NCBI GenBank assembly: GCA_030770535.1
Contig: JASVEC010000020.1
Location: forward strand, 186,001-250,000
Reading direction: 5' to 3'
Source: Batkoa obscura
Lineage: Eukaryota
Length of the DNA: 64,000 bases
Numbering within the stretch: position 1 is the first letter of the stretch; each line of letters opens with the position of its first letter. The position numbers and the translations under genes were made by a program. Below the pieces are notes generated by a model. That model saw nothing but the letters and a program-made list of their open reading frames with translations. It did not search any database and was not told the DNA's origin. Shown piece by piece: positions 50,792-62,022 of this stretch.

Positions 50792-51154
50792 ATGAATTAT
50801 TTATTTATCGCTGTCTCTTTATTATCTGCCATCTCTATCAACTCTTTACCAGTTGATACTGCTAATGCCAATGGTGTGTCTCCAGCTACTGTCACTAATG
50901 CCAATAGAGGATCTACTACTAATGGCCAACCAAGCTCTGTACAAGCTAAAACTTTTGAACCTTTTAACCTCTTTAGTGGCTTCGGTAATTTCCTTCCTGG
51001 AGGGACTTCTGGTAGTACCCCTATTTTTAGCAACAATTTTAGTCCACAAATTGATCCATTCATAAATGGGGTTCAAAATGTTCCAAATGTCTTTGGCTCT
51101 TTCATTGGACCAAATGGATTGTTTAACCCTATTTGGGGCACTGGCAAACAATAA
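50792..51154 (+). CDS. Small secreted low-complexity protein (Phe/Gly/Asn/Pro-rich, no Cys), 120 aa
   Basis: MNYLFIAVSLLSAISINSLPV signal peptide; TATATAA ~40 nt upstream; coding-like GC. Confidence 0.8.
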   Translation: MNYLFIAVSLLSAISINSLPVDTANANGVSPATVTNANRGSTTNGQPSSVQAKTFEPFNLFSGFGNFLPGGTSGSTPIFSNNFSPQIDPFINGVQNVPNVFGSFIGPNGLFNPIWGTGKQ

Positions 51155-51621
51155 ATTTTGTTTACTTATATATCTTTTTTATATTTTTGTTTTTTCTTAC
51201 TGTTGATGTGTTTATTTTCATAGCTACATTAGCTGCTGAAATTATTCAAATACCTTGTTTTTTTCGTTTTCTCTTAACTTGGCCAATGTATATAACTTAA
51301 ATATGAACTGATACTAACAAAATTAAAGCATTGAAGGTTCTTGGGCTAGATGATATTGATCGAATTTTTATACTTAGTGTTGAATTTCTAGATTAATCGC
51401 ATTCAATTCAATCCATTCAAACTATCTCAGAACAACTTAAAATCAATATTACATATCATGCTTCCATTATAATGCATTAAAAAGTGATTTATTAATTATA
51501 GTCATTATCAAGAGAAACAATACATTGCTCTGTGGATAAAGGAACAGAAAGCATATCATGGATTTGACTTATTTAAATATATTGAGTAAAAGGGAGGTTA
51601 TAATGATTTAGTTATACTATT

Positions 51622-51719
51622 TGGGGATGTTTTTTGACTTCATCACTTGTTTGGTTTTTTAAGCCCATTTGAGCGGAAATACTATTAGTAAAATTCTTAA
51701 ACAAAAAAATACACCACCA
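51622..51719 (-). mobile_element. MITE family copy (reverse)
   Basis: TGGGGATGTTTTTTGACTTCATC...AAAAATACACCACCA. Confidence 0.8.
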
Positions 51720-53096
51720 TTTATTTTACCACTAATATTATAGCAAGTCTTTTTTAAGTTATAGTAAACTATATGAAATATAAGTTTACTAGCTCAGTAA
51801 CATCGTATCCGATCTTACTCAAAAGAATGTTTTGGCTTTATAAAAAGTTTGATATTCAAAATTATTTACCCTATCCTCAGATTAAAGTTTAATGAAAGCT
51901 AATATTGGCTAATTATTGAATTTGAATTATTTGAATTATTTGAATTATTTGAATTTGACATTGCTATTTCTTAATAAACAATATGTTAAGTAAAGTTCTT
52001 TTTTTTCTTTCCCTCTGAAAAATTTACTATCAACTGTCTTGTTTAATACAACAAAAAATCAAATACCCTACACTAACTTGACTTCGAGGTACTATCTCCT
52101 CTATAATCACATTCTAAAAAAGAAGAGCTGAGTTCAATAGACTTTTGACTTTAGAAAGACAAAGGAAACTGATGATTGTTTGATTAAGCTTTGTTATGCA
52201 GAGTGTTTGTTATTGAATGAATAAATATGCCTATGAGATTGAAAAGATTTGGATGTGGTGCTAACTTTGCCTAAAACCATAAGGCTTTCATTGATTTCTC
52301 TATAGATCAATCAATCTATAAAGAGTCTATTAATTATTTTATAGTTAAATATGGATAAAATAAGTAAAAATTGACACAAGGGTGATAAGTATCTGTATGA
52401 TTTTTTGATTAGGGTATACAGGTCCATAGGTAGAGGGCTGAAAGAGTGAGAACTGGAACTATTTAGGGATGATATATTTGATCCTTGATAATGGAAAAAT
52501 ACGTGCTATATATGTTTGAATTTCGAGATGATGATAAGTGAGATGAAGCCCAAATAGTCAAATCTCGAAAACCTAATTGGAACTTTTTGTAAAAGGTTTT
52601 TATAGTGAGAGGTATATCAAAGAATTTAAAGTAAAACAAGCTTTGGGATTCAAAATATTTTGTAGTCAATCGCTTATAAACATTTCGAAAAAACTACTTA
52701 GTATGTTAAAAGTAGTAGAGAATGCACTTTTAAGAAGGTTATTTTTAAATCTGACAGGAAAAAAGCTATCTGCTTTGTACTTTGGTGGCTTTAAAAGGAC
52801 CGAAGTTTTTTTTAGATAGGAATTAATATTATACTTTATACACTTCTTTGACCGAAAGAATCCGGATATAGTAAACGCGAAGAATATCGTAACTGCTTCA
52901 TTTAAAAATTACTTTATGTTGCGATTATTATTAATATTTTGAAACTTCATAACATTTTATTTTTATCTTTGATATTTAAAATTTCAATTATTTAATAAAA
53001 ATAAGTAAAAAAGATTCAAAAGATTTAAGAAATTTGAAAATTTCATATAATAAGTAATTTATTTTAAACTCTTCCTTCTCAATAATAGTTTTACTA

Positions 53097-54545
53097 TTAA
53101 TAGTAAACGTTACCGTAACCATTACCATAACCATAAGTAGGTCTTGGTCTAGTAGTATAGTATGGTCTAGTAGTGGTAGTTCTAGTAGTATAGTAAGGGG
53201 TAGTAGATGTCTTGGTGGTGGTGCTAGTTCCAGTAGTGGACGTTTGAGTAGAAGTTCCAGTAGTGGAGGTTTCGGTGGAAGTTCCAGTAGTAGATGTTTC
53301 GGTGGAAGTTTCAGTAGTACTAGTTGCAGTAGTACTAGTTCCAGTAGTGGAAGTTCCAGTGGTAGAAGTTTCAGTTGATGTGCCAGTAGTGGAAGTTTCA
53401 GTAGAGGTAGTATAATATGGAGTAGTGCTGGTACTAGTAGTAGATGTTTCAGTGGAAGTTCCAGTTGTAGAGGTCTCAGTTGATGTGCCAGTAGTGGAGG
53501 TTTCGGTGGAAGTTCCAGTGGTAGAGGTTTCAGTTGATGTAGCGGTAGTAGAGGTTTCGGTGGAGGTTCCGGTAGTGGAAGTTCCAGTGGTAGAAGTTTC
53601 AGTTGATGTGCCAGTAGTGGAAGTTTCGGTGGAAGTTCCAGTAGTAGATGTTTCGGTGGAAGTTGCAGTAGTACTAGTTGCAGTAGTGGAAGTTTCAGTT
53701 GAGGTTCCAGTAGTACTAGTTTCAGTAGTGGAAGTTTCAGTAGAGGTAGTATAATATGGAGTAGTGCTGGTACTAGTAGTAGATGTTTCAGTGGAAGTTC
53801 CAGTTGTAGAGGTCTCAGTTGATGTAGCGGTAGTAGAGGTTTCGGTGGAGGTTCCAGTAGTGGAAGTTCCAGTAGTAGATGTTTCGGTGGAAGTTCCAGT
53901 AGTACTAGTTCCAGTAGTACTAGTTCCAGTAGTGGAAGTCTCAGTGGAAGTTCCAGTGGTGGAGGTTTCAGTTGATGTACCGGTAGTAGAGGTTTCGGTG
54001 GAAGTTCCAGTTGTAGAGGTCTCAGTTGATGTGCCAGTAGTGGAGGTTTCGGTGGAAGTTCCAGTAGTACTAGTTCCAGTAGTACTAGTTCCAGTAGTGG
54101 AAGTCTCAGTGGAAGTTCCAGTGGTGGAGGTTTCAGTTGATGTACCGGTAGTAGAGGTTTCGGTGGAGGTTCCAGTAGTAGATGTTCCAGTAGTAGATGT
54201 TTCAGTTGAGGTTCCAGTAGTGCTAGTTCCAGTAGTGGAGGTTCCAGTAGTGCTAGTGCCAGTGGTAGTGGTTCTAGTTTTTGAGCAATAAGGAGGTTTA
54301 ACAGTGACTACTTTGGTACCAGTAGAAGTAATCACTTTAGTAGAAGTGACTGTTTTAGGGCGACATGGAGTAGGACAATAACTCGGTTTTTTTGTCACAG
54401 TTGCTGTCAATGTTTTAGTTACTTTCGAAGTAGAAGTAACAGTTCTTGGTCTACAAGGATTGTAACCACCGTAGTAATCAGCTGGTGAAGCTGCATTGAG
54501 GGCAGAGAGTAAAAAAGTAACTGGAATGAGTATTTGAAATTTCAT
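53097..54545 (-). CDS. Secreted Thr/Ser-rich mucin-like repeat protein, cassette D (482 aa)
   Basis: N- and C-termini identical to 27390-28922; the repeat array differs in length and unit order. Confidence 0.92.
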   Translation of the reverse strand: MKFQILIPVTFLLSALNAASPADYYGGYNPCRPRTVTSTSKVTKTLTATVTKKPSYCPTPCRPKTVTSTKVITSTGTKVVTVKPPYCSKTRTTTTGTSTTGTSTTGTSTTGTSTETSTTGTSTTGTSTETSTTGTSTETSTTGTSTETSTTGTSTTGTSTTGTSTETSTTGTSTETSTTGTSTETSTTGTSTETSTTGTSTETSTTGTSTTGTSTTGTSTETSTTGTSTTGTSTETSTTATSTETSTTGTSTETSTTSTSTTPYYTTSTETSTTETSTTGTSTETSTTATSTTATSTETSTTGTSTETSTTGTSTETSTTGTSTTGTSTETSTTATSTETSTTGTSTETSTTGTSTETSTTGTSTETSTTSTSTTPYYTTSTETSTTGTSTETSTTGTSTTGTSTTATSTTETSTETSTTGTSTETSTTGTSTQTSTTGTSTTTKTSTTPYYTTRTTTTRPYYTTRPRPTYGYGNGYGNVYY

Positions 54546-55269
54546 TGTTGTTTTTGATAATGATTGTTACCATCATAAAGTCCCTTTTTATAGTTTATGG
54601 TACTAGTAATTTTAAACACAAACATGGGCTTCTAAAAAGGGTCTATCTTTTTATTAAAATACATTTGATAAACTCAAGTTTACATTTAATAACAACATTT
54701 ATTATGTTCATAATCAGGCTTATTATTAGGGTAAAAAAGTATATTAAAAGAAGTTTAAGATTAGGAATAAAATGTATTATATTGATAAGCTTGCTTAACT
54801 TTATCTCAAATTGTTCTTAATGTTTCTAATTTCTCTAATTTTAAGTTCAAAGTTCACTTTTGTTCTAATTTTAAATTGAAAATAAAGCATTGCAAATAAG
54901 TTGCATTAACTTTAACTAAAAAATTAAAAAGGCTAAAATTTAGCTTTTCAATCACCAATTTTAAATTATGCCAATGAAATTTCTAGTTTAAATTAAATAT
55001 CATTTGCTTTTCAGATCATAAAAAATAAGGTTTTGAAACCTTTTAAGTTAATTTAATACTAACATGAAAGTATTTTAACACTGTTATTTAAAGTAGAAAG
55101 TATAAAAATAGCTTTTTAAAAAGCGAAGGCTTGGTTTTGTATTATCTTATACATTGCACCCTCAACATGGTTATCTAAAATATGTATATAAACCCTCCCA
55201 ATATCTGAAATTTAGTTAAAAAACAATTGTTATAAACATAAACTCAATTTGATCATATATAAAGAGAAA

Positions 55270-55428
55270 ATGAAATTCTTAGCCGCCATTGTATTACTTG
55301 CTGCCTCCTCTCTTGCCCAAGGTTATGGAAGACCATGTAAAGACGTTACCAAAGTAGTTACCAGCACTACAGTTACCTATGTGACTAAAACAGTACAAGG
55401 CACCTGTCCCACAATTCCTTATTATTAA
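55270..55428 (+). CDS. Small secreted Thr/Val-rich 2-Cys peptide, cassette D (52 aa)
   Basis: Identical to 26507-26665: MKFLAAIVLLAASSLAQGYGRPCKDVTKVVTSTTVTYVTKTVQGTCPTIPYY*. Confidence 0.88.
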   Translation: MKFLAAIVLLAASSLAQGYGRPCKDVTKVVTSTTVTYVTKTVQGTCPTIPYY

Positions 55429-56476
55429 ATATTTAAATAAATTTGATTAAATCTGAATTTAATAAACTTAGTTTTTTAAAATAGCCTTATTTTTGCAAGA
55501 TCTTAATTTTTAATCACAAATAATAAATACTAGATAAAAGGCCTATTTAATAATACTATTTAATATTACTATTCAATATTAATGCCAATTTAGAAAAGTT
55601 GACATTATTAGGTTTTCGTACTATCGAGCTAAGATAAAAATCGCTATTTTTAAATATATAATAAACCTTTTGATTGTATAATTTAAAATCATCAAAAATA
55701 TTGATTATCTGTAGAGTAATAGCAATAAACTAGAGGCAAAGTTTTTATCATTTATAGCTACATTAAATTTGTTTGATAAAATAAGCTACTACATAACCTT
55801 TGACTAGATTATAATAAAACCTTGTTAGTAATTGAGTTAATTTTATATGCTTTTATTACTTGAAGCATTCTTGTGTGGTTTATAGCTGTTACAACACTTT
55901 CTCGACCTTTTTGGCGGTAATTTTTACAATCAACTTATTTTTAGAATCAATTTCAAAGCATTATACTTATATTTTAACTAGATTTTTTTTTCTTAAGTTA
56001 TTAAGTTTCAAAAGAGCTACAATAGGTGTAATTAAAATAAAGAATTTACCCAGCTACCATTAAGGCAGACTTTTAAACCCCCAGCCAATATTAAAGTCCA
56101 ATAAACTAAGCTGGTATATTATTTTAAATTCTTATAATAGTTAATAAAATTTGTTTAATTGTTTAAAACTTGACTATGGTTGAATTAGCAATAATAAGAC
56201 TGAGGCGGTATTTTTGAGGATAAAGTTTAAGGTGTGAATTCAAAAATACTATAGCTTCAATGAGAATTCCGGCTTGTGCAACCGATAGCGCCAGAAATAA
56301 TATTAAACAATAGAAATCATCAAAATAATAGCTTTAGCATAAAGATATTGATTTTATTCTACATACTTTGTGTTCATAAAAATTGATAAAAATCATTATA
56401 TGATCCAATAATAGCAAAACCTTCTCCAATTAAAATAAGAGGATAAAAAGTATGTACTTATTTAAAAACAACACCC

Positions 56477-57010
56477 TCAACAAGTTTTGATATCAATTTC
56501 ATTGCCTTACATTCATTAAATAAAGTTCAATACGGCCTGAATAATCCCGATTTAGTCCAGCATTTAGGAGCTAAAAACCTTTGGAAGAATATAATTTCCT
56601 GTATTTATCAATACTTATATCAAAATCACCAAGGCATTTAGGCTTCATAGGTTAGAGGAATAGACTGATACGTCTTCTTAATTATTATTACAATAAATTC
56701 CATTTTTACTGGTACAATTCCAACTACCAATTGTTTTAGATCAAAAAGCTGGTAGTCTAGGTTATTAGCATAAAAAGTAGACCTGCCATAACATAAAGGG
56801 TTATATTGGGTTGAACACTTTGAGTCAAGTTTAATTTCATAAGAATCTATATTTCTTTTACCATCAACAGTATCAAATTTGCTATTTAGTGTTTATTCCA
56901 TTTAAGCATTCATATATGTATTTCTGGTATAAACTAATACTTTAGTGTGTTTAGATCATTTATAATAAAGCTAGTAATACCAGAAATTAGACACTCATAG
57001 CAATGTTTTT
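56477..57010 (-). pseudogene. Decayed paralog of the Cys-rich repeat gene (repeats 6-8)
   Basis: Reverse complement aligns collinearly to ~25140-25679, e.g. ttgtaccagtaaaaatgg vs ttgtaccaataaaaatgg, gaagcctaaatgcc vs gaaacctaaatgcc, ctcctaaatgctggactaaatc vs ctcctagatgctggactaaatc, aaaacttgttga vs aaaacttgctaa; stops and frameshifts present. Confidence 0.8.
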
Positions 57011-57411
57011 ACTATTGTTCCGCTTTTAAAGTTAATGAATGTCTTTAAAAATGCTCATTAAAAATAATACAAGCCGGGCTGTTACTTTAAAAATTTTATT
57101 TGTTGTTACTAATAATAAGAATCTATTTGATTAATAGTACTTTTTTAATGCAATCCTCTTAATATATCTACATTAATCACTTGATATAACAAACTTTAAA
57201 TATATTTTAATTTCTATATGATAAGAACTTGGCGTAATAAAGTATAATGAGCCTTAATTGAAATATAAAATAGATATTAAAAACATTAGTTTTGTATTAA
57301 AATGTGGTAATTTAAGCAATATAGCATTCAATCAAATGCTTAATAATTTAATATAATAAACATCAAATCTATTTAATATAACAAAATCGCCAAAGTGTTA
57401 GTTAAATCATA

Positions 57412-57511
57412 TGGGGATGTATTTTTGTGTTTAAGAATCTTACTAACAAATTTTTCACTTAAATAGCGCTTAAAAAATGGAAAAAGTAATGAAGTTAAAA
57501 AAACACCCCCA
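57412..57511 (+). mobile_element. MITE family copy
   Basis: TA-TGGGGATGTATTTTTGTGTTTAAG...AAAAAAACACCCCCA-TA. Confidence 0.9.
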
Positions 57512-57689
57512 TATATTCAAAAAATATGGTTTATATGGTTTTAAAAGAAATTATACGCTACAGCTTAAACATTTATACCATTTAATAAAAATAATTTATA
57601 TGACCGAGCACTACTGTAAATAATAATTTCAATAATTTCATTTAGATAAACACTTATAATTCAGAAATGTTTGATTGATAAATAAGGTA

Positions 57690-57789
57690 CGGGAGTGTTT
57701 TTTTGGCTTCATTGCTTTTTCTATATTTTAAGTGCTATTTGAGTGGAAAAATTCTTAATAAAATTCTTAAACAAAAGGATACATCCACA
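57690..57789 (-). mobile_element. MITE family copy (reverse)
   Basis: CGGGAGTGTTTTTTTGGCTTCATT...GATACATCCACA. Confidence 0.8.
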
Positions 57790-58576
57790 TCTATTAAAGA
57801 AATTTCTTATGGGTTTAATATATGGGATTAGCTTGAACAAAGTTCCTTTTTTCTGGTTTGAGTTCAGCAAAAATTGTAACTTAATCAAAAATGCTAGAAA
57901 GATTATAGCTTTGACTCAATTTTAGAGTTTACTACCATGCCATTTTTCAAATCTAGTTAATATTTCTATAAAATTCTATGATACATAAATAAAAGTAAAA
58001 TTTTTTGATTTCGGTTTTTCATCTATTTTCTAAGTGGGCTTTTTTAACTTACTGATACATCAAAAGTTATAATATTTTTGATCTATCACATTTATCTTAA
58101 AAAGTTTGAACAAATTGCTCAAATTTTCAGAAAATATATTAGAGCAAAAATAAACAAAGTATAAAACAATTTCGATTAAAAATTCTAACTGTTTACTTTT
58201 TTATTTATAATAATTCAATAACTTTCTAATTACTTGATAGAAGTTTATTAGTTCTTTTTAATATATAAAGTGTAATATGTAAAAAACTATCTAAAACATT
58301 TCTAAAGGCAAAAAAGCAGTGATTTTTTATAATAAAGATGCAGAAGTATATTTATTAATCATACTAAACTTTATTACATAAAAAAACATTTAAAAAATAC
58401 TGGCAAAAATGTTTTTCAGATTTATTGTACATGTATAATTTGGTACTTTTTTGAGTGTCAAACGACATAGTAATGAAATAGCTTTAAAGCTCTTCCGGGA
58501 GGGCTGATTTTGAAAAAAGGTTTTTAAAGTTTATATTCAAAAAAAGAGAAAAAATTATGTATTAAACCATGCTATA

Positions 58577-58677
58577 TAGGAGCGTGTTTTTTATTTCATT
58601 ACTTTTTCCATTTTTTAAGTGCTATTTAGGTAGAAAGATTTACTAGTAAAATTCTTAAACAAAAAAACATATCCCCA
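58577..58677 (-). mobile_element. MITE family copy (reverse)
   Basis: ...tttcattactttttccattttttaagtgctattt...aaattcttaaacaaaaaaacatatcccca. Confidence 0.8.
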
Positions 58678-59008
58678 CATGCTTATTTAAGTTTAAGATT
58701 AGCTTTCATAAAGTCTAGTTTTGCTTCCAAATTGACTTATTTCACAATGTTTATTATATTAAATTCAATAAGAAAAAGTATTAAAAGCTACTAGTTTACA
58801 TGAGATCTATCTAATAATACTAAAAGTTTAAACTGTTGTTAATGCACACATTGCTTAAAAAATTAGCATTACAGCTAACTAAAAGTTATACCATTTTTAG
58901 TTATTCTAATACCGATAACAAAATTATATTGTTAGTAAACTTACACAACGACCAATAAATTTAAATAGATATATTAACTTTATTATTGAATTAGTTTAAA
59001 TAAAATAC

Positions 59009-59512
59009 TTATTTTGGATTTTTAAAATCAGGGTTAAGTTGTTTAACTGCATAAGTTAAAGCGAGCGCATAAGTAGCCCAAACAATATATGGAAGCATTA
59101 AGCCACCAGCAAGGGGATTAACCATAAAAAAGGAGATACAAGTAGCTATAGAAAGACCCCAAAGTAAGGTAATATCAGCTAAAGCTAAATTGATCTCTCT
59201 TTGAACAAAGTACAACTTACTCCATAGCAAGTTGGCTAAAAATTGAGTCCAAAAAGCATAAATACCCCAACTACTTATAGTTGTTAATTCAGGTGATAAG
59301 TTGGTCGCATTACATACAAGGTATAAGGCATAACCTGTGGATATATACAAATAGGTCCAAATAGGAGCAAACACATAGCGTGGTGGATTAAAGCTTGGCT
59401 TTTTAACTTTTTGATACCAAGCAGAACGTACTGCTTCTCTGGTATCCCAAGCACTTGCAAAGCCAACAACTAAAGGTACAGCGGTATTAAATAAAAGACT
59501 ATTTTGAATCAT
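59009..59512 (-). CDS. TSPO: TspO/MBR translocator protein
   Basis: WYQKVKKPSFNPPRYVFAPIWTYLY, QFLANLLWSKLYF, ALADITLLW, LAGGLMLPYIVWATYA. Confidence 0.93.
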   Translation of the reverse strand: MIQNSLLFNTAVPLVVGFASAWDTREAVRSAWYQKVKKPSFNPPRYVFAPIWTYLYISTGYALYLVCNATNLSPELTTISSWGIYAFWTQFLANLLWSKLYFVQREINLALADITLLWGLSIATCISFFMVNPLAGGLMLPYIVWATYALALTYAVKQLNPDFKNPK

Positions 59513-60355
59513 TGTTATTAAAGTTTAAATTTTAAATTTTAAATTAATTTGATGGATTTTAATCTCCTTTTATACTTTTTTTTGAAAATTATTCTGGTTC
59601 TAACAATGTTTAATCTTCAACTAAATTGCTCATTTTTGTTTAATCTGATATTGAAACTGTAAATTAGATCATAAAAATATTGCTTAATTTCTTCGATTTT
59701 AGATTATTCTACCCCATTTTAGCTTGGATCGAAATTCGTTTGTCATAAAATAAATGTAATTTAATTTAGATGATAGTTAAGTCACTAAAGCTCTCTTTTA
59801 ACTTCTGGCTAATTTTGAATTACCGATTTAATTTACAGCTATTACAACTCTTTTGCGACCCAATTAGTCATTCATTTAAGATGAATTATATCAAAATTAG
59901 GCTGAAATATAAGGGTTAGGTGTTAAGAAAATTGACTACATGAATAATTTGATTATAAAAATTACTACTATAGAAATCTTAAAAGAATCGCACCACTTGC
60001 AGGTTTGATTTACGTTAAAAAGTAAAGCAGAATAATGTGTCAATTTTAGCTTATATTTTATATGCTGAATCACAATGTTACAGGTTCTGCTGCTTTATCT
60101 TAAATTAATATTAAAGTAAATCAATTTTACAAACAAGAGTCAAGCTGAAAAGTAAGTTGAATTTTAAATCAACCAAAATATGAAAGCATTAGAAATTTTA
60201 AAGTGATAAAATAAAACACAACTAAATAGATTATTAATTCAAATAACTTTAATTTGATGGCAGGTAATTTAAAAAACACCGACATGACTATGACTATGGT
60301 ATTACATAACTATTAATATAACATCATCTAACATGATATAATATAATCAAATATA

Positions 60356-60447
60356 TAAGGGTGTTTTATAGCTTCATTATTTTTCAATCTTTTAAGTGCT
60401 ATTTGAGCCAAAAATTTGTTAGTAATTCTTAAAATACATCGTCCCCA
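60356..60447 (-). mobile_element. MITE family copy (reverse, degenerate)
   Basis: gcttcattatttttcaatcttttaagtgctatttgag...gtcccca-TA. Confidence 0.75.
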
Positions 60448-60761
60448 TAGCTATTTGTCATTACATTTTGCTCAATGACTTTAATTATGTCATAAGTAGT
60501 GTAAAAAGTTTCTTGGCAGTCAAATTCTCTAATATATTAAATTATGCATATAATCAATTAAGGATTGAAAATACTACTCAGGAAAACAAATACCTGATCA
60601 AGTAAATGAGGATCCTTGATAATATATATATGTAACTAAAGGGCGATTATTTTCAGCTACTTTAACTCTGACGCTTTCACTTGAAGATAATTTACACTTG
60701 ATTGCAACTAAATAATAATTTCTTTTTCAGAGGCTGAGCAAATACCACCCGAATCACTATA

Positions 60762-60861
60762 TGGTGATGTTTTTTTTGATTTCATTATTTTTCCATTTTC
60801 TAAGCGCTATTTGAGTGGAAAGATCGTTAATAGAATTCTTAAACACAAAAAAACATCCCCA
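60762..60861 (-). mobile_element. MITE family copy (reverse)
   Basis: TA-TGGTGATGTTTTTTTTGATTTC...AAAACATCCCCA-TA. Confidence 0.9.
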
Positions 60862-60998
60862 TATGCTCAATAGAATTTTTGAAATAATTAGAATATTTAA
60901 ATAATATTCTATTAAAAAATTAACTAAAACATGATTGATTGCTTTTAATACCGATAACCTACTTTTTAGTAAACTTTGGTTATGAATTGGACTCCATA

Positions 60999-61094
60999 TA
61001 GGGGTGTATTCTTTTAAGAATTTTACTAACAATCTTTCTGCTTAAGCAGTGCTTAAAAATAGCAAAAGCGATGAAATCAGAAAAAACATCCCTA
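60999..61094 (+). mobile_element. MITE family copy
   Basis: TA-TAGGGGTGTA...AAAAAAACATCCCTA-TA. Confidence 0.85.
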
Positions 61095-62022
61095 TATAGT
61101 TGTTTACTTTTTCTCTTGGCCGAGTTTTTTCTTGATAGAGGGCTTTAAAACAATGTTTCCCTAGACTTTAATGTTTAATTAATACTTGCTTAATAAAGAT
61201 AGTAACAAAATTACCTTATTTTTACTTTTACTATACTAGGTCCGAGTAATGCCGTTTTTATTCCTTCAATAAGTTGAGATTGGAGATAATTCACTGCCTC
61301 TGAACTCGGACTGAAATCATTAATAATGTTTATAAAACTATTCAATAGTTATTCGTGAGGATTGTAGTTGTTCTAGTAAATTAATTTATAAAAAAGGATC
61401 TGACTTTCTGTTAAAAGAAGCATGATTTTCATCCCCTTTCAAAATATAAATGCTTGAGTTGGAGAACTTATTAACCACTACATCAATAGCACTGGGTTTA
61501 TTTATCCCCAGCCAATAAAAAAATAAACATTAATTTGATTTTAGTTCATAAATATATAAAGTTAAGTGGCATAAATATGTTAGCATTATTCATATAGTCA
61601 TTTGCTTCGTCAAACTTGTTAATCATTCGTATGATGAAAAATAGTCTAGGCAATAATTTAGATAATAAAACAATAGTGAATAATAGTTACCTAGTTATAT
61701 ATATAAAAGAATACTTCTTTTTGATAAACCATTCAATTTTACTTAAACTTTCACCGAAAAAAATTATACACTAAGGTTTTTAGAAAATACACTAAACCCT
61801 TAAAAATTTAAGTTATGTGGTGGATTCTTCAAGTAATCAGCCAATGCTTTTTCTTTTTCTTTTATTTTTCCCTTCTTTTGTCCTTTTCGACTTACTGTTC
61901 CCTCAGGTTTTCTTATTCGATTTTCGACTTGGCTTTGGTTTGCTCTTATGTTCTGTTTTTATATTTATCTTTCATAATACTATCTTTCTTGATACTATTT
62001 TTAATATATTTAAATCAACAAA

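Larger units (their letters stand above)
53091..55671 (-). repeat. Right arm of the near-identical inverted duplication (partner 26264-28928)
   Basis: See left arm; identity ends abruptly at AAACCTTTT (55671). Confidence 0.95.
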
